Of a DNA stretch of 64,000 nucleotides, positions 36,701 to 48,400 are shown piece after piece (position 1 is the first letter of the stretch; each line of letters begins with the position of its first letter). Position numbers and translations under genes: made by a program. Source of the stretch: Amoebophrya sp. A120 (taxonomy: Eukaryota > Protista > Dinoflagellata); the NCBI GenBank assembly GCA_905178155.1, contig CAJINV010000005.1, positions 2,883,161 through 2,947,160 on the forward strand. Direction: 5' to 3'. The notes under the pieces were generated by a model. It was not told the origin of the DNA and made no database searches. It saw only the letters and a list, made by a program, of their open reading frames with translations.

Positions 36701-36790
36701 AATGGCCTGCGCTGCAGGGCTGGTCACGAGAGTACTCTCTGTAGCTTGGTTCAAGAACCTCAAAAGGTGGGCCGGTTAAGTATTTAGCGA
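33750..36790. repeat. GC-rich non-genic block with A/T-tract patches and internal inverted repeats; probable unclassified repeat element
   Basis: Composition differs from flanks; IR TTCGCCGGATTTTGCCCCTAACGC (34492-34515) versus complement at ~35386-35409; AAAAAATTTCGGAAAATC in both orientations (~34918, ~35368). Confidence 0.5.
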
Positions 36791-36953
36791 ACACTCAAGC
36801 GTGAATCACGCTGCTTCGATACCGAGGTCGCGTAGTCTAGGATCTATGTACGACGTTGCTCGCATTCGCAACAAAAGTAGTAGAGTCTTATGCGGATGAA
36901 TGCGATGATCTTTTTCATCAAAAGCATCATCCTTGTTGTCCTCCTCTCTTGTT

Positions 36954-38816
36954 CTATATGTCAACTAGCACATAAAGTTCTACTGGCGGTGCAGTAGCTG
37001 CATTCACAGATGCGGCAGGAACAGACGAACCCGCGGCCACCGCCGGCAGTCGAGCCACTCCCTCTTCATCCACCATGTTTGTCGTCTCAACGCCACCACT
37101 CTCTCCACCCACACCTCCCTCCGCCTTCTCCCGCACATCAATAATGCGCATTTCGTGCATGGTTATCGCTTTGATCTCCGTGCCCTGTGCGTGCTTGCCG
37201 CCCTCCGAAACCGGGCGAAAACTCTCCCCGTACCCGCGTATCCTCACCTTCCACGGGTTGATGTTTGTGCTTTCATCCTCGAAAATGTCGCTCTTCGTTT
37301 CGTCCAAGAGAAACACTTCCACGTACTTGCACACAAACATCTCGGTGAGAAAGGAGAACAGCAATTCGTCCAGGAAGTGGTACAGCAAGTCCCGCAGATT
37401 TCTTCCCTCCGCGAACAATTCGATGGACTCGGTCGCGTTGACAGAAGACAACTCCGTCATGTAGGAGAACAAACACACCGCCACGTGCTCAAACGCGTCC
37501 TTCAAACTCCGGCCCCACGCGTGAAATATGATGTCCGCGGTGTGGGACTTGTATTCGTAGCCGCCGGTGGAAAGTGGCGAGGAAGGGTTGAATTTGGCTT
37601 CTAGTCTTGCTAGGTCCTGCGCGGGAATGGCCGCCCGCGGCGATTTGGAGAAGCCGTGTCGGGTGTTCGGTTTAGATATTTTTCCCGAACCCGAACCAGT
37701 ATTGTTACTACAATTTCCATCAGCTGTACTCTCCGCAGCGTCTCCCATCGGCGAGTCCTCGTCGTCCTCACTCTTTTTCCTTCGTCTCCGGCCCCGCTGC
37801 TGCCTGCTCTCGATGGAAAAGTTCGGGGACAAGTCCTTTTCGGGGTTTTCTGTTGCGGGCGCTGTCGTCGTGTCGTGGTGATTTATCATTTCGGCGCCGT
37901 TAATAGCCACTGCTTCCTCGTCAACCTCCATTCGCATACTTCCGCCCCGCTCCTGTTGGTCCGCAAGGTACTCACGTAGTCTGTTGTCAGGTTCTGCGTT
38001 TAACACTTCCGCGCCTTTCAAGTTTGAAGGTATTCGTATTTCTTCTTCTTCAGCGTCCGGGGGTTCGTCCTGAACAATTCTCAGAACCCGTAACATCGCC
38101 CCGTCGTGTAGGTTCAACTCTTCTAAATTCTCTATCTCCTCTTCCGACAACCCGTAGGTCCAAAGCGCATCGACACCGATGATCACATCCAGTCCCGGTT
38201 TGACGGCAGTCACCCCCTGGTTTTCCGTCACCCGGAATCCCAGCCGGTCGACGATGTCCATAGAAAGGCCAAATCCAGGACTGTCGTCGGAGAAATCTTC
38301 GTCATCTGACACGACCTTGGATGGAGGTTCTGGTTTGTCTCGCTCAATTGCGCGCAAGGGTGTCTCGAAGTAGCGGAATTTCACCCTAATTCCAACACCT
38401 TGGCTCGCCTCCCTGTCCGGCACAGTGGTTGTCGTAGCTGCATGATCGCTACGAAACACTTCCGCGGGTAGGCTTCGAAGCTGGTGCGGCGCGCAAAGTC
38501 GTCTGCAGAGATCCTCACAGGCGGCGTGACAGAGACTGGCGATATTTTGCTCCGAACGCACGACTGGGGATGCTGACGAGGAGCTGCTACTGCTGGAAGA
38601 TGTTGTTGTTACAGCTCTTCTGGTTGCTTCCACTAAGCTAGGCAGTACTTTCTCCCGAATGCAAGTCTTCAATGTCTGCTCGTCTTCGCAATCGGTTAGA
38701 GCGAAGACGAGATTGTCATCAGCTGAAGATGATGAAGACGAGCTGGCTCCCGACAATCCGTTCTTGCTGCAATCCTCCTGCCATGCTATGAACTGAGACT
38801 GGATGAAGGCTTGCAT
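36954..38816 (-). CDS. ZBTB8OS: Archease (RtcB ligase cofactor) with a long N-terminal extension containing a PDZ-like segment
   Basis: YEYKSHTADIIFHAWG, LLYHFLDELLF, GTEIKAITMH, terminal YVLVDI; single uninterrupted ORF. Confidence 0.9.
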   Translation of the reverse strand: MQAFIQSQFIAWQEDCSKNGLSGASSSSSSSADDNLVFALTDCEDEQTLKTCIREKVLPSLVEATRRAVTTTSSSSSSSSSASPVVRSEQNIASLCHAACEDLCRRLCAPHQLRSLPAEVFRSDHAATTTTVPDREASQGVGIRVKFRYFETPLRAIERDKPEPPSKVVSDDEDFSDDSPGFGLSMDIVDRLGFRVTENQGVTAVKPGLDVIIGVDALWTYGLSEEEIENLEELNLHDGAMLRVLRIVQDEPPDAEEEEIRIPSNLKGAEVLNAEPDNRLREYLADQQERGGSMRMEVDEEAVAINGAEMINHHDTTTAPATENPEKDLSPNFSIESRQQRGRRRRKKSEDDEDSPMGDAAESTADGNCSNNTGSGSGKISKPNTRHGFSKSPRAAIPAQDLARLEAKFNPSSPLSTGGYEYKSHTADIIFHAWGRSLKDAFEHVAVCLFSYMTELSSVNATESIELFAEGRNLRDLLYHFLDELLFSFLTEMFVCKYVEVFLLDETKSDIFEDESTNINPWKVRIRGYGESFRPVSEGGKHAQGTEIKAITMHEMRIIDVREKAEGGVGGESGGVETTNMVDEEGVARLPAVAAGSSVPAASVNAATAPPVELYVLVDI

Positions 38817-40104
38817 CTTTTCGGGAAAGAGGTATCGATGAGAGCTCTGTCGTGAATGTAAATTTCCGTTGTTTGTCTCTGCTTGTCGAGCTTCGTACAG
38901 GTGTGTTTGTCTATCAAAAGGACTCACTCTTGTAAAAAGATCGGCGAAATTATCGTAGGGAACGCATACCAGGGAGAAACTAGCTACCCTGCCAAAGGGC
39001 TATGGTCATGATTCAGACAACACCAAAAATTATGAATCAGATCTCAAAGCAGTAAAAGACATCATCGCTGAGTGTGGGAAGATCGAAGAGACCTTCAGTT
39101 TCACGAAGTCGCGGAACGGTGTAGCTATGTTGCGTGTCCCCTGGATCACAAGATACCATGAAGATCCTGTTCATCTTCATTGCAAAGGCCAGTGCTGCTG
39201 ACAATAGCTATACGATAAAAAAGCGAAAGCATGATTCTTAGTGCCACTGCAAGAATTGAACATCTTCTGTGGACCTCCTCTGCCTTGTTGGCTAACAAAG
39301 ATATCTGCCGACCGAAAACAAGTCTCCGGATGCTTTCTGCTTCTCCTTCTGTTCGGCTTTTGTTCTACTAGCTGTCGAGTGGCGGCTGCGTTTGTCGCTG
39401 CGGGAATCTCGTTGTTCTCGAATGCCGTCGTGAAGAGGTTGATGTGCAAAGTAAGTTATGATGTCACAGGACGGCGCTCCCAAGAAGTATTCTACTTTTC
39501 ATCTCTCTGCACCAAAATGTAGCTATAAGAACCTGTCTTATCTGCAAGAAGCTCTGCGTGGAAAGAAGTCGACACCTGCTGACGCTTCTATGTTTGGAAC
39601 TATTGTCAGTCTGTGCGTTAAGAACTATTCAAAGTATAAAATCAGCGCCAATGATGGGTAAAAAATCATGCAGGAGGTGTACTGTTCAGCACTGTCCAGC
39701 ATGATTATGAGCAGATGACTCTGTGGCTTTTACTGTACTTGTTTCTTCTGTTCCGCGGTTCTTTCGAAGCGTGCTTTCTATTTTTCCACATTCGTTGCTA
39801 TTCGAGTCGTTGTAAGCTTACAAATCGATTTCTCAGCTCTGATTTCCTTTCGCTATAGTTGACCTTTTGACGTAAAAATTATGCTTAAAAACAGTTCTTT
39901 TGTTGACCTCATCTTGAGTTGAGACGACACTACTGTTAACTTGTAAAGTAGCGCTTCTACTGTAGTAACACACCATACTGATTCAGATTTTGTATACGAC
40001 CATCTTCCAACGCATACACAATGAGCTGCGTGTAGAAGAAGTACGGCTTTTGTTCCTCCACCAAAAAATAAATCTTGCCCCTAAACAACAAACCAGCCCG
40101 AATC

Positions 40105-42345
40105 TCACCGTCTGCCCGGTGGCGGCGGTGGAGGTGGAGGTCGCATCCCGCCTCCCATCCCCCCGGTCTGGCCTAAAGACGGCGGTGGCCCCGGTCCGCG
40201 ACCCATCATGGGGGGTGGTGGTGGCGGTCCGGCCTTTCCGCCGAACATCATGCTGTTGCTTGTGCCTGCTTGTGTCGGACTGGGCGGCGCGGGCATGCCC
40301 GTCATGGAAGACATCATTCTCGGTGGGGACGGCCCGCCACCAAACGCTCCCGGCGGGGGCGGACTGCTGCTGGAATACATCCTCGCATTCGTCGTGCTGT
40401 GGTCCGGACTGGTTGCATTCGTGTTACTATTTCCGCCGCCGTCCGTTAGCATGTTCAGCCCCGTCCCACTCCTTTCCCCGCCGACGTTCTGGAACCGGGG
40501 GCTGGAAATCACCCCGCCCGCACTGGTTCTTGCCTGCGACCCGAGGGAAAATTTCCCCTTCTTGATCGGACTACCTGTCAAAGGTGCACCACCAGGAGAA
40601 CTGCTACCCCCCATCCCCGCTGCCATGGCCTGGTCGAACAGACTCGGGGAAGGTCCTGCGCCTTGCGAGATGGACATGCCTAAACCTCCGCCTGGGGGCT
40701 TGCTCGGACTGCTCGCACCACCACCGCCGAAGGAGTCCAGGGGCGCCATCCCGCCCGGTGGCGCCATGCCTGGGGGCGGCGGCGGGGGTGGGCGCTTCCC
40801 GTACCGCCGCTCCGCCACGGTGCCGGTGCCGAAGCTCTGGTCGAAGTCGTTGATACTTCCGGGTAGGGGTGGTTTGCTCGGGCTACTTGGGCCCAGCCCG
40901 ATAGAGGGGGGAGGTGCTGGAGGTCTACTGGGGCTCTGCGAAGATGATCCGTACCGCCTTTCCGCGACCGAGGGCGAGGAGGGCAGCGTGCTGTCCAGCG
41001 GCGGCGGAACCGGGGCCATCATGGGTGGCGCGAGCGGCGGCGGAGAAGATGGCGCTGCGGTTGCAGCCGCAGCCGCGGCTTTTTGCTCCTCCTCTTTCTT
41101 TTTCCTTTGTATTTCCTCGTCTTTTTTCTTTTGCGCTGCAGCCTCCAAAGCTTTCCGCCTCCGGTCCTCGTCCTCCTGCTCCTTCTTTTTTCGTCGGAGA
41201 TCTAGCTCCTCTTGTTCCTTTTTCTTTCGAAGAATTTCTTGTTCCTGCTTTTTCTGCTGTTCCTCTTCTTGCTTTTTTTTCAGCGCCGCAGCCTGCTCTG
41301 CTTTTATCCTCTCTTCCTCTTGCTTTTTCTTCAACGCGAGGGCTTGCTGCTTCTCCTCCTCTTTCCTTTTTGCCGCAAGATGGGCCTCTTCCTCTTTTTG
41401 TCTTTTCAACTCCAATTCCTGCTGTTTTTTCAGCTCTTCCTCCTTTTTCGTCCTCTCCGCCTCTTCCGCGGCCTGTTTCATCGCTTCTGCACTCGCGCCC
41501 CCGGTCAACGACTGCTCGAGGGACCGAACCCGCCCGGCACTCTGCGCCCGCTTCTCCTTCAGGCTGGACAATTTCGATTTTATTACCTCTTCCCTACTCC
41601 GGTGCTCCTCGTCGAGCGCCTGCTGCTGCCGCTCCATCTCCTCCCGAAGCATTTCCTGCTTCTCATCCAGCAGTTGCTTCTCCCGCTCCAGCCGGGCACT
41701 CTTCGGACTCTGGATTTGCGTCTCCCGGTCGCTGGCGTTTCCGTTGTTGTTGTTTCCTGCTCTTGAATTCGAGGCAGGAGAGTTCCCGGAGACTAGCGAC
41801 GACAATTTTGCGACTGGACTCGCGCTCTTTTTCTCGTTCGGCGAATTGGACAAAAACGACCCCGAACTCAGCATGTCGTCGTCTTTCTTCTTGTTCGACG
41901 AGGAGTTCATCATCCCGCCGACCGGTAGATTAACCGGCGGTGGCGGCTGCGACATTTTTGGCATCGGCGGAAGTAGGTTCTGCGTCGCCGCGGTGGACAC
42001 CGTGCTGCCCGGGTCTTTGGGTTTCTCGTACGGCTTCTCAGCCCCGGCCATCATGTTCGCGGCGGTTCTTGGCGTTACCGGCTGAGAGGATGCGGGCGAC
42101 GCGCCGTCGACGCCATTGCTGTCCTTGTTCTGCGCCATCTGGACGGACGCCCGCCGGACTTTGTCCACGAAAGAGGACAGTGGGCTGATTTTGCTCTTGG
42201 TCGCCGCGGCGGGCGACCGGCTATCCGTGAACGACTGGTCCAGAAACTCGCCCATTTGGTTCGGGGCATGGTGCCCGTCGTACCCGAGTGCGAGAAGGCC
42301 AGATTGTTGTTGTTGGGGGGCGCTGTTGGGTTTTTTCGTTTTCAA
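40105..42345 (-). CDS. Hypothetical coiled-coil (E/K/Q-rich) and proline-rich protein; 5' end uncertain
   Basis: 746-aa ORF; charged helical middle, poly-Pro C-terminus, duplicated VAERRYG and SSPSKPP motifs. Confidence 0.8.
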   Translation of the reverse strand: MKTKKPNSAPQQQQSGLLALGYDGHHAPNQMGEFLDQSFTDSRSPAAATKSKISPLSSFVDKVRRASVQMAQNKDSNGVDGASPASSQPVTPRTAANMMAGAEKPYEKPKDPGSTVSTAATQNLLPPMPKMSQPPPPVNLPVGGMMNSSSNKKKDDDMLSSGSFLSNSPNEKKSASPVAKLSSLVSGNSPASNSRAGNNNNGNASDRETQIQSPKSARLEREKQLLDEKQEMLREEMERQQQALDEEHRSREEVIKSKLSSLKEKRAQSAGRVRSLEQSLTGGASAEAMKQAAEEAERTKKEEELKKQQELELKRQKEEEAHLAAKRKEEEKQQALALKKKQEEERIKAEQAAALKKKQEEEQQKKQEQEILRKKKEQEELDLRRKKKEQEDEDRRRKALEAAAQKKKDEEIQRKKKEEEQKAAAAAATAAPSSPPPLAPPMMAPVPPPLDSTLPSSPSVAERRYGSSSQSPSRPPAPPPSIGLGPSSPSKPPLPGSINDFDQSFGTGTVAERRYGKRPPPPPPPGMAPPGGMAPLDSFGGGGASSPSKPPGGGLGMSISQGAGPSPSLFDQAMAAGMGGSSSPGGAPLTGSPIKKGKFSLGSQARTSAGGVISSPRFQNVGGERSGTGLNMLTDGGGNSNTNATSPDHSTTNARMYSSSSPPPPGAFGGGPSPPRMMSSMTGMPAPPSPTQAGTSNSMMFGGKAGPPPPPPMMGRGPGPPPSLGQTGGMGGGMRPPPPPPPPGRR

Positions 42346-42499
42346 GTCAATTTCCGTTCAAAATGAAAATTCAGCTGCATCGACGCATCAAACCTCAGTC
42401 ATAGGGCTGCACGACGTATTTATCTTACTGTGCAAAACATTAGCCCTGCATTGAGCAGGAAACAGGCCGTGCAGTAGATGAAAAACCCCAACTCGAGTT

Positions 42500-45400
42500 C
42501 TAAGTATACCCTGGTTGCCCATATGGCGACGGTCCGTACCCTCCGAAAATGTCGTTCGGATCGTACGCCGAATTCGCCAATGCCGCCTGCTGCGATATGT
42601 TTTGCTGCATGCTCGGCCCCGTCCCGTTCAGTTGCGGCCCGAGTACCGTCCAGGCGGTCCCCGCTGGGTAGCCGAGCGACTGGTAGTACTCGTCCCAGGC
42701 GATCAGCATCGCCTGGTTTTCCTCCTCCTCCGACAAATTCTCCTTATCCCCGTTCCCGATCCCGAGCAGGCTCTTCGCGCGGGTGAAGAGGTTCGACTTC
42801 CCGCCCTTCTCCGGCGCCGTGGACCCGTCCATGAGGGCCTGCAGCTTTTTGTTCCCGAAGTTGTCCGGTTTCTGTTGCTGGAAGGGCAAGAACGGGTCGA
42901 CCTGCTTCTGGTACTTCCCCGCGTCCTTCTGCTTCTGGTACTTTTTGTACCCGAAGTACGCCCCGGGGGAGAGAACCACTAAGGAGCACAGCACCATGAG
43001 AAACGCGAACAGGCCCGGGGACATTCCTGCCACCAGGTCGTCCTCCTCGGGATTGGTAGCCGGAGCGTGGATCGTGACGAGCTGACCGCCGAGCAGGTAA
43101 TTCCGCGCGTCACCACAGCCCGCGGAAAAACTGCCCTCGACATTAAGCCCACCAGCGATGTTGAAGCCGGAACCTTTGGTTTGATGTGAAGATGATGCTA
43201 GAAGATCAAAATGAGAAGAACCGGTATGTTGAAAAAAGGAAAAATACACTCCCTGAAATGAAAATAAATCCGAGCACGTTTATGCAAAAACTCACTCTAC
43301 TTCTATACCATCCTCATTCCTGACGTAGCTCGCGCTGGCGTCGCAGACACAAATCTTTACCGCCCCAGAATGTGCCACCTTCATCGACCTGACCCCGTCC
43401 CCGCAGATCATCTTCTCCATGTCCGACCCGACGAAATTGCAGGCCGCCCCGGCGTAGTGCTGCTGCGAGGCGCCGCACGCGAGGTTCGCGTCGATCAGCA
43501 GAATGCGATCTTCCACCGGGTTGAAATACTGCCCGTCTAATCGAACTTGAAACACCGTGTTGGACACCACCTTCAAACTCGGCTGGGTCGTCACGGAGTT
43601 TATCTGGAGCAAGGGGCAGGGGTCGGGATTGCAGATTTCGGAGATCAACGACTCCGCGTTCGACGGGCACGCAGTCCCGCCGCCCTGCGGGTTCTGCACG
43701 ATCCTTCGCCTCTTCTTCTTGATCCCACCGCCACACGGAACCGTGCAGGCCTCCACGATCCAGAAATCGGACAGCTCGCAGTCCACTCTGGTCGCGATTT
43801 CCAAGTAGCCGGCGAAATGGGTGAAGTCGCTGTGGTCCGTGCAAGATTTCAACTTCCCCGGGCACCAGCAAATTTTGTATCTCGACTTTTCCTGCAACCC
43901 GATCTCCCACTGCAGGTAGCTGCTGTTGTGCACCACCGGCGCCGTGCTGGTCCACACGAGCGACAGCTGACGGGAGGAACTGTTCGATGGTGCGTTCGTC
44001 GAAGGTGCGTTGCTCCCGGTTCCGACCGTCGCCTGCCCGCACTTGTCACTCCCCGCCACGACGTGAATTCTGTCGCGGCTGGACAGTTCCAGCCCGTGCA
44101 GATGCACCTTGGCCAGCACCCCGGGGTTCCCGTACTGCGTTGGTGCGTTGGGAAAGGGGCCGTCCACTTTCATTTCCCCGACGGAGATCCACTGCAGACA
44201 CTTAGTGTCGAGATGGCGATCACAGTAGCACATGCCGTACATGCCCGCGGACTGCATCTGAATGCTCGGCCAGGTTATTTGGTTACTGGTCACGTCCAAC
44301 GTCCCGGCCGGTTCGCATTTGCTGTCCCCTTTCGTGCCGCAGTTGAGGCCGGACGCAACTCCGGACGCGAGCTGGTGGGTTTCGCAGGGGTGCAGCGTTG
44401 CGGTGGTCGTGTTCGTGGTTGTTAACTCTCGAGAAGAAGATGAAGAAGATCCTATTGCTGCGCTTTCTGTTCCTAATCCCCTTCTTGTCAGTCCAAACAA
44501 CGCCGCGGCTTGCAAATTGTTATTCACCCGGTCGTCGAACCCCGTTCCCTCGTTTGGGTCGATGATTTTCAGTCGTGCCGCCGCGGCGATCTCCGCCGTC
44601 GGGTTGTCGATCTTGATTCCGACGGTGATCGGCTGCTCGATGTTGCTCGCCGCGGTCTGCTTGTGGTCCTGCACGTAGGGGGAGTCGGAGCCCGTTTGCG
44701 TGATCTTCAGCCCGTTGGGCGATCGCGGCATCACGCACCGCTGGCTGGTACATTGGGAGGCGGAATAGCACCAGACGTACCAGTTGGGCGTGTTCCCCCC
44801 GGGTAGTTTCCGCCGCGCGATGTCCAGCATGTCGGGCTTTATCTCAATGTTCACGTCGTTCCACCCCGTCACCGTCAAATCCGTGTTCTCCGTTCTCCCG
44901 ACGCAGAGCGGGAACATCGTTTGCGGCGACTCGTTGCTGCCCCGGTTGAGGCTCGTGTCCTCGCAGTGCATCAGGTCGTTCAAGTCGGGGGCGCGCGCGA
45001 CCGTGAACATCGTCTCCAGAGTCGCGACGCAGCCGATCCGGGAACCGGGTTGCGTGGATTCTACCTTGACGGAAACAACCTTGTTCGTCGGCAAAATCCC
45101 AGATTTCACGTCCGAGATCACCCCCTGGATCCTCACCGTGCCAAGGTTCAGTTTGAATTGCGGGGGCGATTCGCAAACGGAGGAAACCGAACCCGGGATG
45201 CCGGGGCAGAAACACAGGCGGAACTTCCCTGGGTTGTTCACCTGCGCGTACTTGTAGTTCGCGCGGGACTTGCCGTTCAGGGTGAGAACATTCAAGTCGA
45301 TGTTTTGTGGTGCAAGGACATTTCCCGGGGAAAAGACGCCGTCGGGAGCTGCGGCGGAGTTGATGCCACCGCACCTGAGAATTTACATTGTATTAAAAAG

Positions 45401-48400
45401 ATTTTTGGAATTAACTCTGCGCTCGTAGTTGTCCTCGTCTTTTTTCACATGCAACACTACAAAAGACGCTGCGATAGCCTTAGCGATACACGCACACTCA
45501 TGCACAAAAGTCCAATCACAAAAAACTCGTCAATCCATATTTATACCTCCTATCCTCCGGCGTGACGTCCTTTCCCGCGTCGTCAAAGTCAATTGTCATG
45601 GCCATCACCCGATCCGCGGGCGTCATGATCGCCCCGACCACCGCGAACTGGCACTCCCCGCCCTGCTCGCAGGCCATGGCTAACGACGTGTCGATCCCAC
45701 GAACGTACAACTTCCCCGCGAACTGCGTGTAGTACTCCTGGTATTCGCAAACCTTCGCGGGCGTCAGCGTGTGGTCGCAGTAGCACAGCATGTAGGTTCC
45801 GACCACCTCGGGTTCCCCAAGCTGGAAATCGAGAAAATCGACGGCGGCGCCGAGCGTGCCTTTGTTTCCGGTAAAGCCGTAGAGCGCCGGGGACTGGAAA
45901 TTCACTTGCTGCCTCTGGACAAAGTGATCCGACACGACCAATTTCCCCGGTTTACCGCAACTGTCCTCCGGCTGCGACCCATCGAGCAAAATCATCCTCG
46001 CGCCGCCGTTATCAAATGCAAATATGTCTGGGTGTCATGCATATTTTGCATGACTCATGCCGCCAGTAATGCATGACCTAGCATCACAGATTTTTTGATG
46101 GCTTCTTGATGCCTATCCCGCATGACAAATGCCCTCTCCGCGAAGCACAAACTGACCTCCCATTGCTTTTCATGCAATCCAGATTTTTTTAGAATCCAAA
46201 GACGGCATCACAACTTGCAACGTTCCAGACCCAGACATATTTGCATTTGATAGCCGTCCAGCAGGGTGCCGATGATCCGCGCGGTGTATTACAGTGAAAA
46301 GTGCCCCCCACCCCTAAATTGCAAAAATTTGTGATGCAAGGATTCCAAATGAAAACTTTTTGTCATGCATGAAAGGAGTATGAATCTTTCTGATGCAGAA
46401 TGTAGGCGTGTAGCGCACCGCTTGCATGACAAGTGCCGCTCCTGCTGGAGTCTTTTGCAATACAAATTTTTGCTATTCACGATTGAAAACCTGTGATGCT
46501 GATAGATGCAAGAGGGCGAATGTTTCATTTGGAAAGGTTTGCAATACAAATGCTCCCAAGTTCGGGGGTGGGGGCATTTTTCATTGTGATACGGTGCAGG
46601 GCTGGTTCGCGAAGCAGAACTGCGCCGCCTGCGCGCCGTTCACCCCGCCGATCGAGATGGTCCCGGCCAGTTGGATATCGAATGCAAAAATGTCTGGGTC
46701 TGGAAATTTGTGATGCAAGCAAGGGAAGAGTGAGCTCACTGCAATGCGCTGCCAAGCATGACAAGTTTTTTGCATACTTCTGAGTTGCGTATTCCGCATG
46801 AGAAACTGCCTTTTTGCATGACAGGGAGTGCCAGCTCTTCGCGGCCGCGCAATACAGAGTTCAGAATCATGCCAAATTAGCATGACAAATCTCGGACTTT
46901 CCCAGACCCAGACATTTTTGCAGTTGATACTGGAAAAAGTGCATGTTCGCGTTATGGAAGCGCCAAGTTTGAAATCGACAAAGATGAAATGATTTGTCAT
47001 GCATAAAATGCCAGGCATGAAGTGCCTGTCTTGCCGAAATGGCAAATGAGGCCGATTGTGAGCCTGTTCAGGGCTTGAAATAGAGCTGCTAAAGTAGCAT
47101 GACAAATGTAGTCTTCTGTGCCAAAACAGCATCACAAATTGGATTCCGGTGCTCGGAAAATTTGTCATGCGCCGCTTGATAACTGGGCCTCCGACTGGTA
47201 TCGGTTTTATGCATGACAAACTATTTCAACTTTGTCGATTTCAATCCTGACACACCCATACGCGTTGCAACCGCCGTAGTCCTGGCAGTAGCACACGTCG
47301 TAGCTCCCCGTCCGGCTCGCCGTGCCAAAGTTGAATTCGATCGCCTGCTGGCCGGTTTGCACCCCGCCGAGCGTGGTCACATTGAAGATCCGCACGGGGG
47401 AGACTTGGGTGCCCAGGGAAAACGCCGTCGGGTCGGCGCGCTCGGACTGGGAACAACCGGCCGTGCCGCCCTTCTCGATGACGCGAATCTAGAGTTGTTG
47501 AGAAGAATCGTTTTTGTTCTCATGCACAGCGAATTGGCCTGCTGGACAAACTACTACTAGACTACGCACGTCCTCGTCGATCGCAAACTAGAATGAGATG
47601 TAAATGATCTTCTTCGACGCGCATTACAAAGCAAGGACCACGAGCAACATGCAGGTGCAGCACAACGAAGACGAACTACATATTTCAAAAAAAAACGAGC
47701 TATACCCTGTCATTCATGCTGGGCTTCGCGGAGATGATTTGTATCTTACAATCATCCCCGCCGGACTGCGAGCAGATCCACGTTTCCGTCCGGGTTTGTA
47801 TCCCCGCCACTTTGATATTCCCGACGTGCGTGTTGTAATGTTCGTCCTTGTCGCAGTTCTGATAGGTGTTCCCCAAGGGCCCGCCGGCGCAGTAGCAGAT
47901 CATGAAATCCCCGTTTTCCCGCAAGGCCACGGGATCGTAGGTCGCGAAGGTCTCGCCCTCCAGCTCCTGCGGCCCGTCTTTCGTGATCCCGTTCTTCTTA
48001 CATCCGTCCGTGTAGTCCCAACAGATGGTTTGCTCCACGGCGGAAATCAAGTCGCTCGAGCCTAAATCGCCGCATTTTGTCACCTGCGATTTCCGGACGA
48101 TCCGCACCTTGCTGTGGTGGAAGAAGATCGGGGTGTCGGTGGCGGTCTGGCCCTTCAACTCAATTTTGAACGGCATGCCCTTGATCACGTTGTCCAAGTT
48201 CAAGAAGTGGTTCACGTTGTCCACCCCTAACGGCGTGTAGATCGCCACCTGGGCGAGAAACTCCTCTATCAAATGCAAAAATGTCTGGGTCTGGAAGAGT
48301 GTAACTTGTCATGCTGCATCTGGATCGTGGAAAAATTTGTGTTGCATGATTACCAAAAGAGGTCCATTTTTTAACAAGTTAGTAGAGGCAGTTTCTCAAC

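Noticed and set aside
33753-36794. Many overlapping 100-230-aa ORFs
   Set aside because: Arg/Ala/Pro/Gly-rich ORFs in all frames are expected from high GC; no domain signal.
40208-42085. 625-aa plus-strand ORF and other long plus-strand ORFs (846-1541, 43547-44425)
   Set aside because: Antisense shadows of GC-rich minus-strand exons, with no recognisable motifs.
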